Positions 1-12,700 of a stretch of DNA of 64,000 nt are shown piece after piece (the first letter of the stretch is position 1; each line of letters opens with the position of its first letter). Position numbers and translations under genes: made by a program. The stretch comes from Callorhinchus milii. Lineage: Eukaryota. The stretch lies in assembly GCF_018977255.1 (NCBI RefSeq), contig NW_024704742.1, forward strand, positions 97,342,001 through 97,406,000, given 5' to 3'. The notes below the pieces were generated by a model. The model was not told the DNA's origin, searched no databases, and saw nothing but the letters and a program-made list of their open reading frames with translations.

Positions 1-244
1 TTTATCATTACAAGCAATAGCAATACTTTCTTGAAATATTTGGCCCATATTTCTGCACCCAGTGATAATTGGCATGAAAATATTCTTAGTCAGTAGGTTT
101 TTCTTTGTAGAAAAGAGGCATTACTGGGTACAGGATACTTTATGCAAAAGGACACCCCTTACATTGTTACATTTAGAAAAAGTCTCCCAAGTATCACCTT
201 TGTTGTCCTGAATTCTTATGAATGGTTCAACTATATCTCTGAGC

Positions 245-600
245 ATTATCCATAGAGTAACATGGAATGCTGCAGCAACCAAACATTTGGGCCAAATAAT
301 CTGTACCAGTGTTTATATTCCACATTAGCCTCTCTATTCCCTTCTCCCTCATATATCCATCAAGTTCCATCTTAAATAAGTTGATGTTTTTTGCTTCGAC
401 CATAGCTTCCATTAATGAGTTCTCACCATCCTGTGTAAAGAATTCCTTCTCAACTCCCTTTTTGTTCTGCGACTTCTTATATTTATGTCCCCTAGTTTCA
501 AAGAAGTGGAAGTAGCTTTTTAGTGTTCACCTTATCAAATCGTCTCATCTTCAGAGAGAAAATCTCAAAATTATCCAATCTTTCTTGATAGCTGTACCCT
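245..600 (-). mobile_element. Degraded CR1 LINE 3' fragment
   Basis: Minus-strand VEAKNINLFKMELDGYMREKGI resembles the CR1 ORF2 C-terminus seen at 24963..25172. Confidence 0.7.
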
Positions 601-3519
601 TAACTGCTTTCAGCATAGGAATATATCAGATCATCAGCACAGTTTTGTATGATTGGCATGTTCATATCAACATTCATTTCAGTAGAGACTTTTGCAAGAT
701 TCTAGACTTCCCTCGTGCAGATGTCATTAATTAGTTTCTGCCTCCCTATTCATGTTCATGGATAACTCCCACTTGGATCAAGCATGCGGAAATATGTAGA
801 GACCGAAAGGCCTGACTGAATCAATCAAATATTACCTGCAATTCTTCAAAGGATGTTAAGATCCTGTTATACATAATTTACCGTATCAGAGCAGATAAGC
901 TTTTGAATCCAAATTAGAAGGGAAATTTCTAGGTGTCAGTCTGGCTCAGTTGGCGGGACTCAGAAAAATAAAATATGACTGTACTCTCATAGAAGTACAA
1001 ATAGACAAACTGTGCTAGCGTATCAAAGATCACATTATTACAACTATATCTTGTAAACATACAGGGTGGGTAGAGTGTACATATGAAAAGTAGGCAGCAG
1101 GTTTGGAGCTTTAGGAGGTCTAAAGTATCTCAGATTTAAAGGGAGTGCGTACCATAGGCACAACTAGGTCCATTCTATTGGTTCAGATGCGTAGATGTTG
1201 AGAGAGAAAGGGGCGGGGTGGGGGGGGGGGTGCAATTTGGCTGAAAACAATGAAATCACAGTCCACCATGGTAATTACAAAATTACAATTATATTTAAAA
1301 CATGTCCACAGCACTGCATTATGGATGAAACAACTTAGAACTGGTGCAAATACTATATAATTCAATGAAAAGGTTTTCAACAGCTTGCTATCCAGAATGC
1401 ACTGCTAAAAATGTGTTAGACAGTAATAATACTACATTTTATTACTTTCTCAGAATAGCACCAATAGGTTATATTTTTATAGGTTGCAAGATGAAACTAC
1501 AGTATTAAAAGGTGAGTGAGAGATGTGCTTTTGGTCCCAAACTGGTCAGCACTATTTTGTTTTTATAAACCGCAAACCTGTATGATACACCAAGGCTTAC
1601 AATGCAATATACTGTATAACCAAGGTAGAAAAGAATACAAAAGGAAATGAGGTAGATTAAGAGGAATGGTTCAGTGACTTCAAACTTATGTTTTAAAAGT
1701 ATGTGAGTTGTAGGATAAAGAGATCGCTGGCTGTGATTAGCAGCTCCACAGTCGGTAAGACTGAGAAAGAATGAGTTATAGAAAGGAATGTGATTAATTT
1801 TGACTTTAACACACTGAGGATAAAGGCACAAGGAGACGTACATTGATGGGTAATTTAGAATTGATTTGGATTCTCATAGATAAGCATCAGCATGGGTTTG
1901 GGAGCATTTTGCCTCAAGGTCCCAGCCGAAAAATTGTGCAATGTGTCTGGAGTTGGAAGTGGAAGGGTATAGAGTGACAACAAATCAATTAAAGTATATA
2001 ATATGGATATTTAACACAAGAGTTCTTTGTCAACTTTTGTCAGGTTTTAGTGAAACGTTTCAACATCATGTCATTAAATTCTATACAGAAGAGAAGTGTT
2101 TTAAAGTGAATACATTTTTCAGTCTCTAACCAGCAGGCCTTACTATCATCATAGATAGTAATGATGCAGTCTGACAGCAACAGACAAAACAATGACAGTG
2201 AAATTGTTGGATGCCAACACAATCAATCACCTGTGTCGGATAATTGAACGTGAATGTGTAATGACAAGAATAACTTCTGACAGTGATTCCCTGCTTGCAA
2301 AGGTGAAGCCGCAAACTAGAAGCACATATTTGGTTATAATATCTTACTTATGACTTGATATGCTATACGAAAGTATTGTAGAGTTTCCCAGTAGTAACAC
2401 AAACATTGGGGTCTTGCATTGATTCATAAGGGGATTCCTTAATAATAACTGAGGGACGCTTTGGGCTAACGAAAACTACATCCCACTGACTCGTGAATTT
2501 CGCTCCAACATGGTAATTGGTTTCCGCATGTGTCAGACACCTGGCTGACCAAAACTAACTCACTCCAACACAGCTAATTCCAAAGTGGAATTCTTGTAGA
2601 GCATTCCTTTTGGTACCTGGAAGTATGTCACATGTACAAAGTAGTACATGTAAACTTAAATATCAATTCAATTAACCGCTTTAAAATTGAGATGTATATC
2701 TGGCTGTGAAAGGGTATGTTGAGGTTTGGGATTAAAAAAGATATAAATGATAGGTGTTTAAATACTAACAGAAATGTCATCTATAGAATACAATTAGGCT
2801 TATATAATGTATAATGTAACAATAAAATCAAGATATGGATTGTAGAATATTACCTAAAATGTTCTTCCATTGTGTTTGGGTTACAGAGAAATCTCATAAT
2901 TTATTTTTCTTGGAGGAAAGAAATCATTTGTGATCATTTGTCTCCCGCAGGACCCGCAAATACATTTTCGGAGAACTTCAAGTAATAAAAATTGTACATG
3001 ATCTGTTAGATCAATTGGTACTTCCAAATAATGTACACCTGCTATCAATAACACTAAAGGAAGAGTTGGAAATTGCAATTAAACTAGTTTGCTCCACAGG
3101 AACAGGTTTGATCGAGCAAATGGCTTTCTTCTGTGCTGTAATTTCTGTAATTCTATATCTAGTAAGGTCTCTTTTTGGAACATCATGTGTATGTTTGCAC
3201 AGCTCAAAATCACATTGACATGCTAGGTGGAGTTCAGAAAGGAGCAAGAGGGATGTTAGATGAGAGCTCTCTTATTAAAGGCACATAGAGCCTGGTTTTT
3301 ACTCCTTGTTATACGCATTGATGTGTGACACGTTCCAGGTTCTTAAAATGATGAGAGGCAGAGATGATGCAGATGTAAGCGATCTATTTAATTTTGACAG
3401 TGAGAGCAGAACCGAAAGGCCTCAATCTGGATTAGAAATTAAAATAATTTCTCCTTCACAAGAAAAGATGTGGAACAGATACTCAAAGAGAGCAGTTAAC
3501 TTTTTAACAGGACTTGTTA

Positions 3520-4394
3520 AACTCTGCCAGACATCAAGTCCTGGAGGAGAGCTAACATTCTTCAGTTTAACTTCAACAAGACCAAGGGCCTCCAGATTGG
3601 CTCCCGTCTGCGCCCCCACACCCCAGGCGCTGACAGCATCACCGTCCATGGATGCACACTCCACCTCACTGAGCCAATCCAGGACCTTGGCGTCTTGTTC
3701 CTCGACTATCCTTCCTACCCCACATCCGTTCGATGACCTGCTATCTTCCCCCACCTCCGCAACATCGCCCAGCTCTGCCACTGTCTCACACCACAGACCG
3801 CCGAAACCCTCATGCATGCCTTCATAACATCCAGGCTTCACTATACAAACTCCCTGCTTGACGGCCTCCCCAACTCCTCCCTCCATAGGCTGCAGATCAT
3901 CCAGAACTCTGCAGCCCATTTCCTCTCCCGCACCACGTTGTATGATCCTATCACCCCATCTTTGTCCGACTCCACTGGCTTTCCATCACACAGAGGAAGA
4001 TCCTGGTCCTCACCTTCAAAGCCCTCCACGGCCTTGCTCCCCCTACCTCTGCGACCTCCTAACCCACTACCAATCTGCCCGCTCCCTCTGCTCAGTGGGC
4101 TCCAGCCTGCTTTATGTCCCCTGCCTCGCCCGCGTCACCATTGGCGGGTGGGCCTTCAGCTACTCTGCCCCCATCCTCTGGAGTTCATCCCACAGTCCAT
4201 CCACCTCGCCCCTTCCCTTGCCTTCTTCAAGACTCATCTCAAGACCCTCCTCTTTGACTATGCCTTCGATCACCCTCCTTCCCCCCCTGCCCTCCACCCT
4301 CCCCAATCCCGACCCCCAGCTCGGGTCCGAAGCTTTGGGACGTCCTCCCGACGTGAAAGGCGCAATACAAACTTAATTTTATTGTTGTTGTTGT
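3520..4394 (+). mobile_element. L2-clade LINE 3' fragment
   Basis: [34 protein letters not shown] and FKTHLKTLLF motifs typical of L2 ORF2; tail gctttgggacgtcctcccgacgtgaaaggcgc...(ttg)n; frameshifted. Confidence 0.88.
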
Positions 4395-5617
4395 TGATAC
4401 ACTTTCGATGAACTTGGAACAGACATCCAGTTTTTTTCATGAGAAATAATGGCCACAAAAATTTGTTAAGTAAAATTTGGATTCAGCCTCAAACACAAAA
4501 GAGGTTCAGGACTTCCGCTCCAACTTTTTTTTCATTCACAAAATTCAGATATTTGATGGATAGTTGGAGGTTGGAACATACGTCCGATTTTCAATGGTTG
4601 CTGACTCCAACGTGGTATTTGAAGCACATCAAAAGCTTTTCATTTGTGTGCTCAGCTTGTTTACATATATTAAACTTCAGAGTAACATTGGGGACGATAT
4701 TTTCTTATCCAGAGCAAACATTGTATCATTTCCAGTGTTTTCATTATTAAGAAGTGTTTGAGGCAAGACGTCTGGACTCATTGAAGAAACAATTTGATGC
4801 TGTATGGGAAGATGGGAAGATAGCTATTCTAGAAAGATGAGATCAAATGGGTCACACCTCTCTTGCTATCTACAAAAGTTTAGCATTAAAAAAAATTAGT
4901 GGGTTGAATCTCACTGCTAAATCTAAATTGGCATCGATAAATGACTTTTTTTTTAAGAAGCCAAGAGTCAAGGTCCATAGTGCAGCAGTTTACCAGAGCT
5001 GAAAGGAATCAAAAAATGCCAGTTAAATAGATTTTTTAAAAAAACAATATATTGTAGTATAAATTAATTTCATTCAAGTTCATTGGCCCAACGATGATTT
5101 GATAAGCCCCACTATTTGGCATTTGGGTGCATCACAGTGCACAATGCGCAATGGTGTAACCTTTACTGACATATGTAATCACTTCCATTATGCACATCAT
5201 TTTGATGAAAATGATGCACACGTCTTCTGCCTTTTCCCCTAAAAAACAAGTTTATTGAACACTTTCCAACTGGGATATTGCTCTTTAAAAGATGCTCAGA
5301 GTAAAATAAGTTTGTCAGCAACAACTTACATTTACACAGCATGTTTCACACAAAAGAAGCCTCAAAGCGCTGTAGAAGAGATTAATTTGAAATTAAATGA
5401 AAGTTGGCAAACACAGCAGTTAATTTGCACAGCAATGTCCGATGGACAGCAATGAAATGAGTTGCCAATTAGTTTGAATAGGGTGGGAAGGAAGTGAATT
5501 TGCAATGAGAAGGAATATAAATCAAGATTTTTATATGCAAAAAAATCTCTCTTTGAAATGAGAGCAGTCCATCGAAAAATCACAAACCAGGCAGAAAATA
5601 ATGGCAAACAGCTTATT

Positions 5618-5627
5618 TCTCTTTCTT

Positions 5628-5658
<31 letters not shown>

Positions 5659-6147
5659 CTCTCTCTCTCTCTTCCATTCCTCTTTTGTTTCTCTTCCCTC
5701 CCGTTTATGTCTTTTCGCCCACAAAACAACAGTCGATTCACTTCGCTGTTGAAGAAGCCCTTTGAGACGTCGCCACGACGCGACACGGGCGCTGCATCCA
5801 ATGCAGGGAATCATGAGTTCATTCCATCCCCTTTCCTTCCTGCCTTCCATCTCCCTCCCTCCCTCCCTCCCTCCCTCCCCGCTTTCCTTTCCCTCCCTTG
5901 ACCGGCAATCTCACTGCAACCTGCTGCCTCCACTGCAGATGAGGTCTCAGGCAAGTGAGAGAGAGAGAGAGAGAGAAAAAAAAAATCTCTCCCTCTGAAC
6001 CTCTGCCAAACTGCACCATCTCCGAGATGATGTCAGGCGGTTGGGTCACAATTGTCTGATTGGTTACAGTCAACGCATCGGCACCGCCTGAACGTGTGAG
6101 TGTGAGTGTGTGTGTTTGTGTGAGTGCTCTCTCTCTCTCTCTCTCTC
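5618..6147. repeat. Cluster of (CT)n, (CCCT)n, (GA)n and (GT)n microsatellites in the promoter
   Basis: Runs at ~5618-5672, 5851-5880, 5957-5976, 6094-6147. Confidence 0.85.
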
Positions 6148-6384
6148 CCCTCCCAGTGCTGTGCTCTGCTTCTGCTTCTGCTCTGCTCCAGTCTCTGACA
6201 GGACAGGCAAGATAGCTCTGTGTGGCGGGGAGGCAGGCGGGGTGGGGGGGGTTCGCTCAACGCAGAGGAGGAGGAGGTGGTGCAGGTGGTGCAGGTGCGA
6301 GACAAGACCCAACCCAACCCTATCAGCCCCCACCCGCAACATACTACAACCCAACACAGCAGCAGCTCAACTTTTGTTTTTTCT

Positions 6385-6710
6385 TCCCCCCTCTCCTCTA
6401 CCCCCTCCCCTCCCCCCTCCTCCTCCTCCCCCTCCTCCTCCTCTCCCCCTCCTGTACCCCTCCCCTCCTCCTCCTCTCCCCCTCCTGTACCTCCTCCCCT
6501 CCTCATCCTGTCCCCCTCCTGTACCCCCTCCCCTCCTCCTCTCCCCCTCCTGTACCCCCTCCCCTCCTCCTGTACCCCCTCCCCTCCTCCTCTCCCCCTC
6601 CTGTACCCCCTCCCCTCCTCCTGTACCCCCTCCCCCTCCTCCTCCTCCCCTCCTCCTCTCCCCCTCCTGTACCCTCTCCCCTCCTCCCTTCCTGTACCCC
6701 CCCCCCCCCA
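6385..6710 (+). repeat. C-rich polypyrimidine minisatellite (about 9 cctgtacc-containing units) in the probable 5' UTR
   Basis: Repeated cctcctgtaccccctcccctcctc(ctctccc) variants. Confidence 0.9.
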
Positions 6711-6723
6711 CCAGCAGCCTCAA

Positions 6724-6768
6724 ATGCAGAGCTCAAGCGGTCCCCACATAAAGCAGAAAGATGGATGA
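6724..6768 (+). other. Out-of-frame upstream ORF ([14 protein letters not shown]) overlapping the PRUNE2 start codon
   Basis: ATG at 6724 in weak context (caaATGc); stop TGA at 6766-6768, downstream of the main ATG at 6761. Confidence 0.5.
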
Positions 6769-6796
6769 GTTCTTGCAGCGCACCAAGTCCATTCTG
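6761..6796 (+). CDS. PRUNE2: PRUNE2 coding exon 1 ([12 protein letters not shown])
   Basis: Strong Kozak context aagATGg; donor CTG|gtaaga at 6797; lies in the CpG-rich region. Confidence 0.9.
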
Positions 6797-9700
6797 GTAA
6801 GAGATACTTCATTCCATTCCCAGGGGCTGACTGCAGTGGGGCTGAGCTTTACATGGAGGGTGGGGAGGGTGGTGGGGGTGGGGGGGTACTGCCCATGGCC
6901 AGGGAAACGTTCAGAGAGGGGGCGAAGTGTCCCCCAACACTCCCATCAAGGTTTGGGGACAGCCCAGTGCTATGGGTCCCTTTTCAGCAGTAGAGTCCAA
7001 CTGAACTGAGAGCGAATGAGTTTGTGCATCTGCTGCTGCAGAAAGACAACCGGAAAACTTCCTCTTCGAGTCCCCTTTTTGGCATTTACCTTTGCAAAAC
7101 TTTTTTTTTCTTTTAAAAAAAAATCCTTTTTTTTAAAAAAAAATCCTTTTTTTTTGGAAAAAAAAAGATGCTGCCAGAAACTCCCGTGGCTCGACCCTAA
7201 AGATGTAACTCGCCAACCCCCAGCGTTTAGGCGTCGTGTGTCCTGTCGCTCGTCTTCATTTGTATTCGTTAAATTGTGCGTTCGTTTCGCTGCTGTCACA
7301 TTTGAGACGTGTAAAACGTGAAATGTCACTGTACGTGTTTTTTTTTGCTGGTTGAAAAAAAAATAAAAACACCAGTCAAGAGCAATGCGTGGAATAAAGT
7401 GGCTTCAAACTGCGTGGCAGTGATTCGGCGATGCAAAGCTGTGGACGAGTTTCAGTTTCACCGATTTCATATCGAAACGTTGATGCCTTTAAAAAGTGCA
7501 GTGAAGTTTCACCCCTTTTCCCTTTTACTGTTCGGACGGTTATTTCGAGTGGTTGACCCGTGAGAACTAACGTTGAGGGCAATGGTCTGGAGGTTTTGCA
7601 GTGCCAGTTTCTTTTCTGATAATTGTTTTCTCACTGAATTCAACAGTACTTCACCCACAGCACTGGGAACCTTTCACTTCAACTAATGTCCCTGGGTGTT
7701 AATAACTCATAATGCTTTTGCTCTCAGTGAAGCTTTCATAAGCAGTGTTTTCGCTTCAATTATTGGCACATTACTTTAGTCTCATAAGTAAGTTGAAGAT
7801 TACCAGTTGTTAGCACTTCTATCTCCACTGTTTTCTCTTTAACCCCCGGAACCTCACCCTCTCTCCACTGGTACATACCATCTTCTTTTTAAAACCAACC
7901 TCCTCAAAAAACTCCTCTACTTGACCTTTCATGCTATTCAGCTACCGCTCCGTGTCCAACCTACCCTTCCTCTCCAAGGTTCTGGAACAAATTGTCACCT
8001 CCCACCTTCACTCCTTCCTTTCCCACCACTCCCTCATCCAGCACCTGTTTTCCGGCTTCTGGCCCGCTCATGGCACAGTGACTGGTTAAAGTTATCAAAA
8101 ACATTCTCCATCCAGAAATCTGCAGCCTGTGTCCTCTCCTGGACCAGACTCTGTTACCCCCACGCTTGCCCAGCTCCACTAGCTCCCCATCTCTCAGATT
8201 CTCTCCCCATCCTCATTTTCAAATGTTGCCATGGCCTTGCCCCACCCTATTTCTGTGACCACCTGTGACCCTTCTATCTCGGCTGCTCCCTCTATCACAA
8301 ACACCCATCTGCTTAGTGTCTCTTGTCCATTCCGTCCAAAGTATGGTCAAGTCTCTCTCCACTTGCCCTCTGCCTTCAAAACACGCCTTAAAATCTCTAT
8401 TTTCCCCTATGCTTTTGGCTACATATAACTCCATCCCCCTCTTCAGCTCTCTCCTCACCCTCCCAGCTTGGACTGCCAGACAACTGTGTAAAACTATTTG
8501 AGATATCCTCTTGACATGAAATGCACTGTCTAAATGTATATTATTGTAATTTTTGTCCCACACCAGACTCCTCATCCCCACCCTCGCCCAGCTCCACTGG
8601 CTCCCCATCCCCCAGAGGATAGAGTTCAAAATCCTCATCCTTGCCTTCAACGCTCTCTACTGCTTAGCTTCTCCCTACCTCTGTGACCTGCTAACTCCAT
8701 ATCAACTTGTCCACTCCCTCTCCTCAGCAGGCTGCTCCACATCTCCCACCTGGCTCTCAGCACCATCAGTGGTCGGGCCTTCAGCCTCTCTGCCCCCACT
8801 CTTTGGAACTCCATCCCACAGTCCCTTCACCTTGCTCCTTCCCTTGCGTCCTTCAAGGCCCATCTCAAGACCCTCCGCTTTGACTCCACCTTCGGGCACT
8901 CTACCCTCCCTCCCTGGCCTCAATCCCTCCTGATCTCAACCCCCAGCTCGGGTCCAACTCTCAAACTGTCCTCCCGCTGTGAAAGGAGCTATACTAATGT
9001 AATTTGTTATTATTGTTGCTTGGAACATTGACTTCAGCGTCACAAGCAGGTTGAAGATGAGAGTTGCGAGTAAGTAGTTTCACTGTGCACTTTGAACCTC
9101 TGCAAGCTGGTGTAAATAATATATTAAAAAAAGGGCAAAGGTGACTGTTTAAAGTAAATATTGAAACAGGCCATGTCCGAGATTAAACCGGATCCAAATA
9201 CAGATGGTATCACAATACTATTCTAGGAAGGTTTACTTAAATAACATTGTCAACAATGAGCTTGATTGCCAAGTCCAGTAAGCCATTAGGATCCTGGCTA
9301 ATTTTTCTCTTCGTAACAAAGGAGCGCTGAGGCCAGTTATCTCTAGGGCCACACTTGCTGAGGTCATCTAATCTGAGGGTAGATTCGGGTTCAAACCTGA
9401 GAATTCGTGGTGTCTATCGTTCAGTTCTATTACCACTGTAGTGCTACTGTACACCCACTAGGCCATCAGGACACAAGAAAAAAAGGTGTAATTTTGGCCA
9501 AACATTTCAAAAGATTTCTGAACAGAAAACTAAATTATTTAAAAACAATTATAAATAACGGGTTGATCAGTAGAAGTATTAGAAGTATGTAATTAAACTC
9601 TATGCTGTTAAGTATGCAAATGTATGTTTGATTTTGTGTGTACTCTTATTTCTGCTGATATTTATCTCAGCTAATCAACTGAAAATTACGGAAGGGACTC

Positions 9701-12700
9701 CTTCTGAAATAAATCTATGACCCTCGAATAAATTGTAAATGTGCTAAATATATGGGTGTCTATGATGGCACCATTTGGTCTTACTTCAGTAGAATTCACT
9801 TATCCCAAATCAGTGGAACGTATATACTTCCATGGTCCACAGAGAAACTAACCAGAATCGATAGAAATCACTATTTTCCACAGCTACAATGACACTTTAA
9901 CATGTGTTCTGTGGTAGACATTTTCATACTTGTACACTTAATGTTGCATTGGTCATCAGCAATTTGCAGTTATTACTACCTTTTATTGTAGACCTGTGCA
10001 CTGGTTTGACTTGACTTTTATGGCTGACGTCAACTCCAACAACAGCAATTTGCATTTATATATATCTCCCTTCATGCAGGGTAGTGTCTCAGAGGGCTTC
10101 ACAGTGACGTAGCCCAACAACGAGCCAGGGGGAGCGGGAGGCACGACTATTGTATTTAGGGGAATATTTTCACTTGATTACAATTTCAACAGAAACATAA
10201 ATAGGCATTTTAACTGACTTAGTGTCCAATCATCCTGTAAAGTTACACAGTGTACATCGTATAGAGCTAGTGTAGCATTAGCAATGAACCTCTTTTGGGA
10301 AGATTGGTATTGCTGTAAAGTTTGGAGATGCATTTTTTAAATATAATTTTCATCTTTGCTGTAAAATCAATTGGTTCATCCTAATAACGGAGTAGCATGC
10401 TTTATTTAAGAATAAAATGTACTTCTTAGTGTTCTGAAAATGCCTGTTTTTCATGGTTGCTCGAGTGCATCACTGTCAGCTTTCCTGCCTCCTTTTCGAT
10501 CAGATGAGTGAAGGATAATAAATAATCCTGGTAATTGATATAATGGCTTATTATATCAGTGAATCATCTCAAAGCATGTCACAGGATTTATCATAAAGTG
10601 TGACTTCCTGTATTTTTTAGGCAAATACGGCATTCAATTTGTGCAGAACAATAGCCAGGCAAAAGTGTTACCATCTGAATTGATATTTGAGACTCATCTG
10701 TTGAATATCGCCATTTTTGACCCCAGTATCATATCTGCCAATCCACCATAGAAATGGGTTCAAATGTTGTTAGGAATAACATTTAGCTAGTCTGTTCAGT
10801 CTGTCTACATTTAAAACACAGTAGTGTTTCTGGTCGGGCAGCAGAAGTACGTCTGTCTTCCTTTTTTACTTAATCACTTATTCCAGCAATATCAGCTATT
10901 CTCACATCAACAATTCCAATCATGTAACAATGCCAGTCCACCTAAAACAATGGGGTGAGTGATCTCAAATTATATTCAATATACTAGTACAGAAAAATTG
11001 CAAAGAATTGAGGAAAATGATTAAATGAAGTCTCAGTTTAGTTCTTTAGTCAGTTCTTTTTACGAACTGTGTGAAAACCAGCTTTCAAATTAAGACCGAA
11101 TTGAAGAATTTTTCACAATTCTGCATACGTTTGAAATTTAAAACAGTCTTATGGACAAAGAAAGACAAAGTGTTTTCTTCATCCATAAACTGTAGTTTAG
11201 TTATATTCTAGATTCTCAGCACTCTCCTAATATTTAACTAATGCATTCCTCAAAGAAGGATGGACTTTGGAGTCTTGTTCAGTTAATATATTAATTAAAA
11301 CAAACTTCCTCAAAAAATCTTATAATTTTTAAAAAAAGGCAAATCCTTAACAAAGTATTATTGGATCTGACTGATTCAGAGACCTCAGATAAGTACTGCA
11401 GATATGAGAAATATATCATTGAGGACCATTAAAGTAATTTTTTATCTGCAAAATCCAAATTGGAATTTTTTGGATTTTTTTTTGTGTGTAAAAACCCGGC
11501 ACCACCACAGAGTGGGAATAGGGCAGCCCACCACACTCCCCCCACCCCCACCCCCAGCAACTTTTTGTCTCGCTTCAAATGTACACCAGCCCCCCACAGC
11601 CAGCGCCACTGGTGGTTACTTGATTGCTCAGAAGTTAGTTGTTATTGACCAAAAGAAGACAGCAGGCTTTTAAAAGTGAGCTGGCTTTCTGTCTATGCTA
11701 CTGTTTTAAGAAGCACTATACAGTAGTGTATTACTCTTGAGCCTGTTTAGATAATGTCATAAATAATAGGGTTGTCTTATTTATTAGTCTTTTTTAAAAA
11801 ACTATCTCTACAATTTTAGAAGAGCAGAAAGGCTTGAAGAACGTTCAGGTTTCCCTGCTCAGAAGTCTGAAGTGCTTTATTCTTTTTTTCGCGCTCTGTT
11901 GGAGAACCACTTAGCCTCAAAGATTCTTTTGTGTATCATTCAATTTGCAAACACATATGAAGTCATCAAATACATTGATGCACTCTTCTGCATTTTGTGT
12001 AATTGTTATTCCCTTTATAGGCAAATATGCCCTCTGTTGTGGGCAGTACAATTTTGATTTCGATTTGATATTCTGTTTTATTAAAACCTGCTGTTCAATT
12101 TTTCTAAATTATGCGTTCCAAATTGCCCTTTCTTTTGTTGCATTGCTTGTAGAATTCTGTCCATCTGCACATCTGCAAGAATAAAAAAGCCATTAAAAAG
12201 GCTCTGTTATCAACCTGGATAGCTTTGCTTTTCAGTCATTAATTTGGTTTCTAAGGCTGGAAGTATAATGGACCAGCAGTGAACTTTCTTAACAACAACT
12301 GCAAGTGATGGCTGAGTGAACTTGGGTGAATGGTCGCGAGTGTGGCAGGAAAAGGCAATGACATTTGTGGGCAGCAGTTTAAAAGTTAAAGTTTGCTTTG
12401 ATTTTAAAATGTGCTTTGTACTTCAATATCCTGATTCACTCTTAACATTGCACAATCTTATGGATAAGAAAACAAATCCATATTCTGAGATTTTTTGCAG
12501 AAAAATCTTAAGTGTAATTGATTTTGTAGGAGACAATTGTACTGTTAAAATGCTCCAAAAGCGCAGGTTTCAAAAAACATTCCTTTAGTTACTTTAAAAT
12601 GTGGTTATATCTGAATGGGTTGCTTGAAACCAGAAGCTACTATCGACGTTGTTCCTTTCCAAAATGACTTAAAAGGAAAATGTTTTATGTTTGAGCCAAA

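Larger units (their letters stand above)
5690..7570 (+). promoter_or_regulatory. CpG-enriched promoter / first-exon region of PRUNE2
   Basis: CpG and GC content are visibly higher than in the CpG-poor flanks; reverse CCAAT (ctgattggtt ~6056-6065); GC-box-like ggcggg motifs ~6223-6241; surrounds the start codon. TSS not determinable. Confidence 0.65.

Noticed and set aside
6033..6800. Long Pro/Ser/Gly-rich ORFs on both strands (up to 213 aa)
   Set aside because: They result from the stop-free C-rich minisatellite and mostly start at non-ATG codons. The ORF in frame with PRUNE2 stops at 6749-6751, so there is no N-terminal extension.
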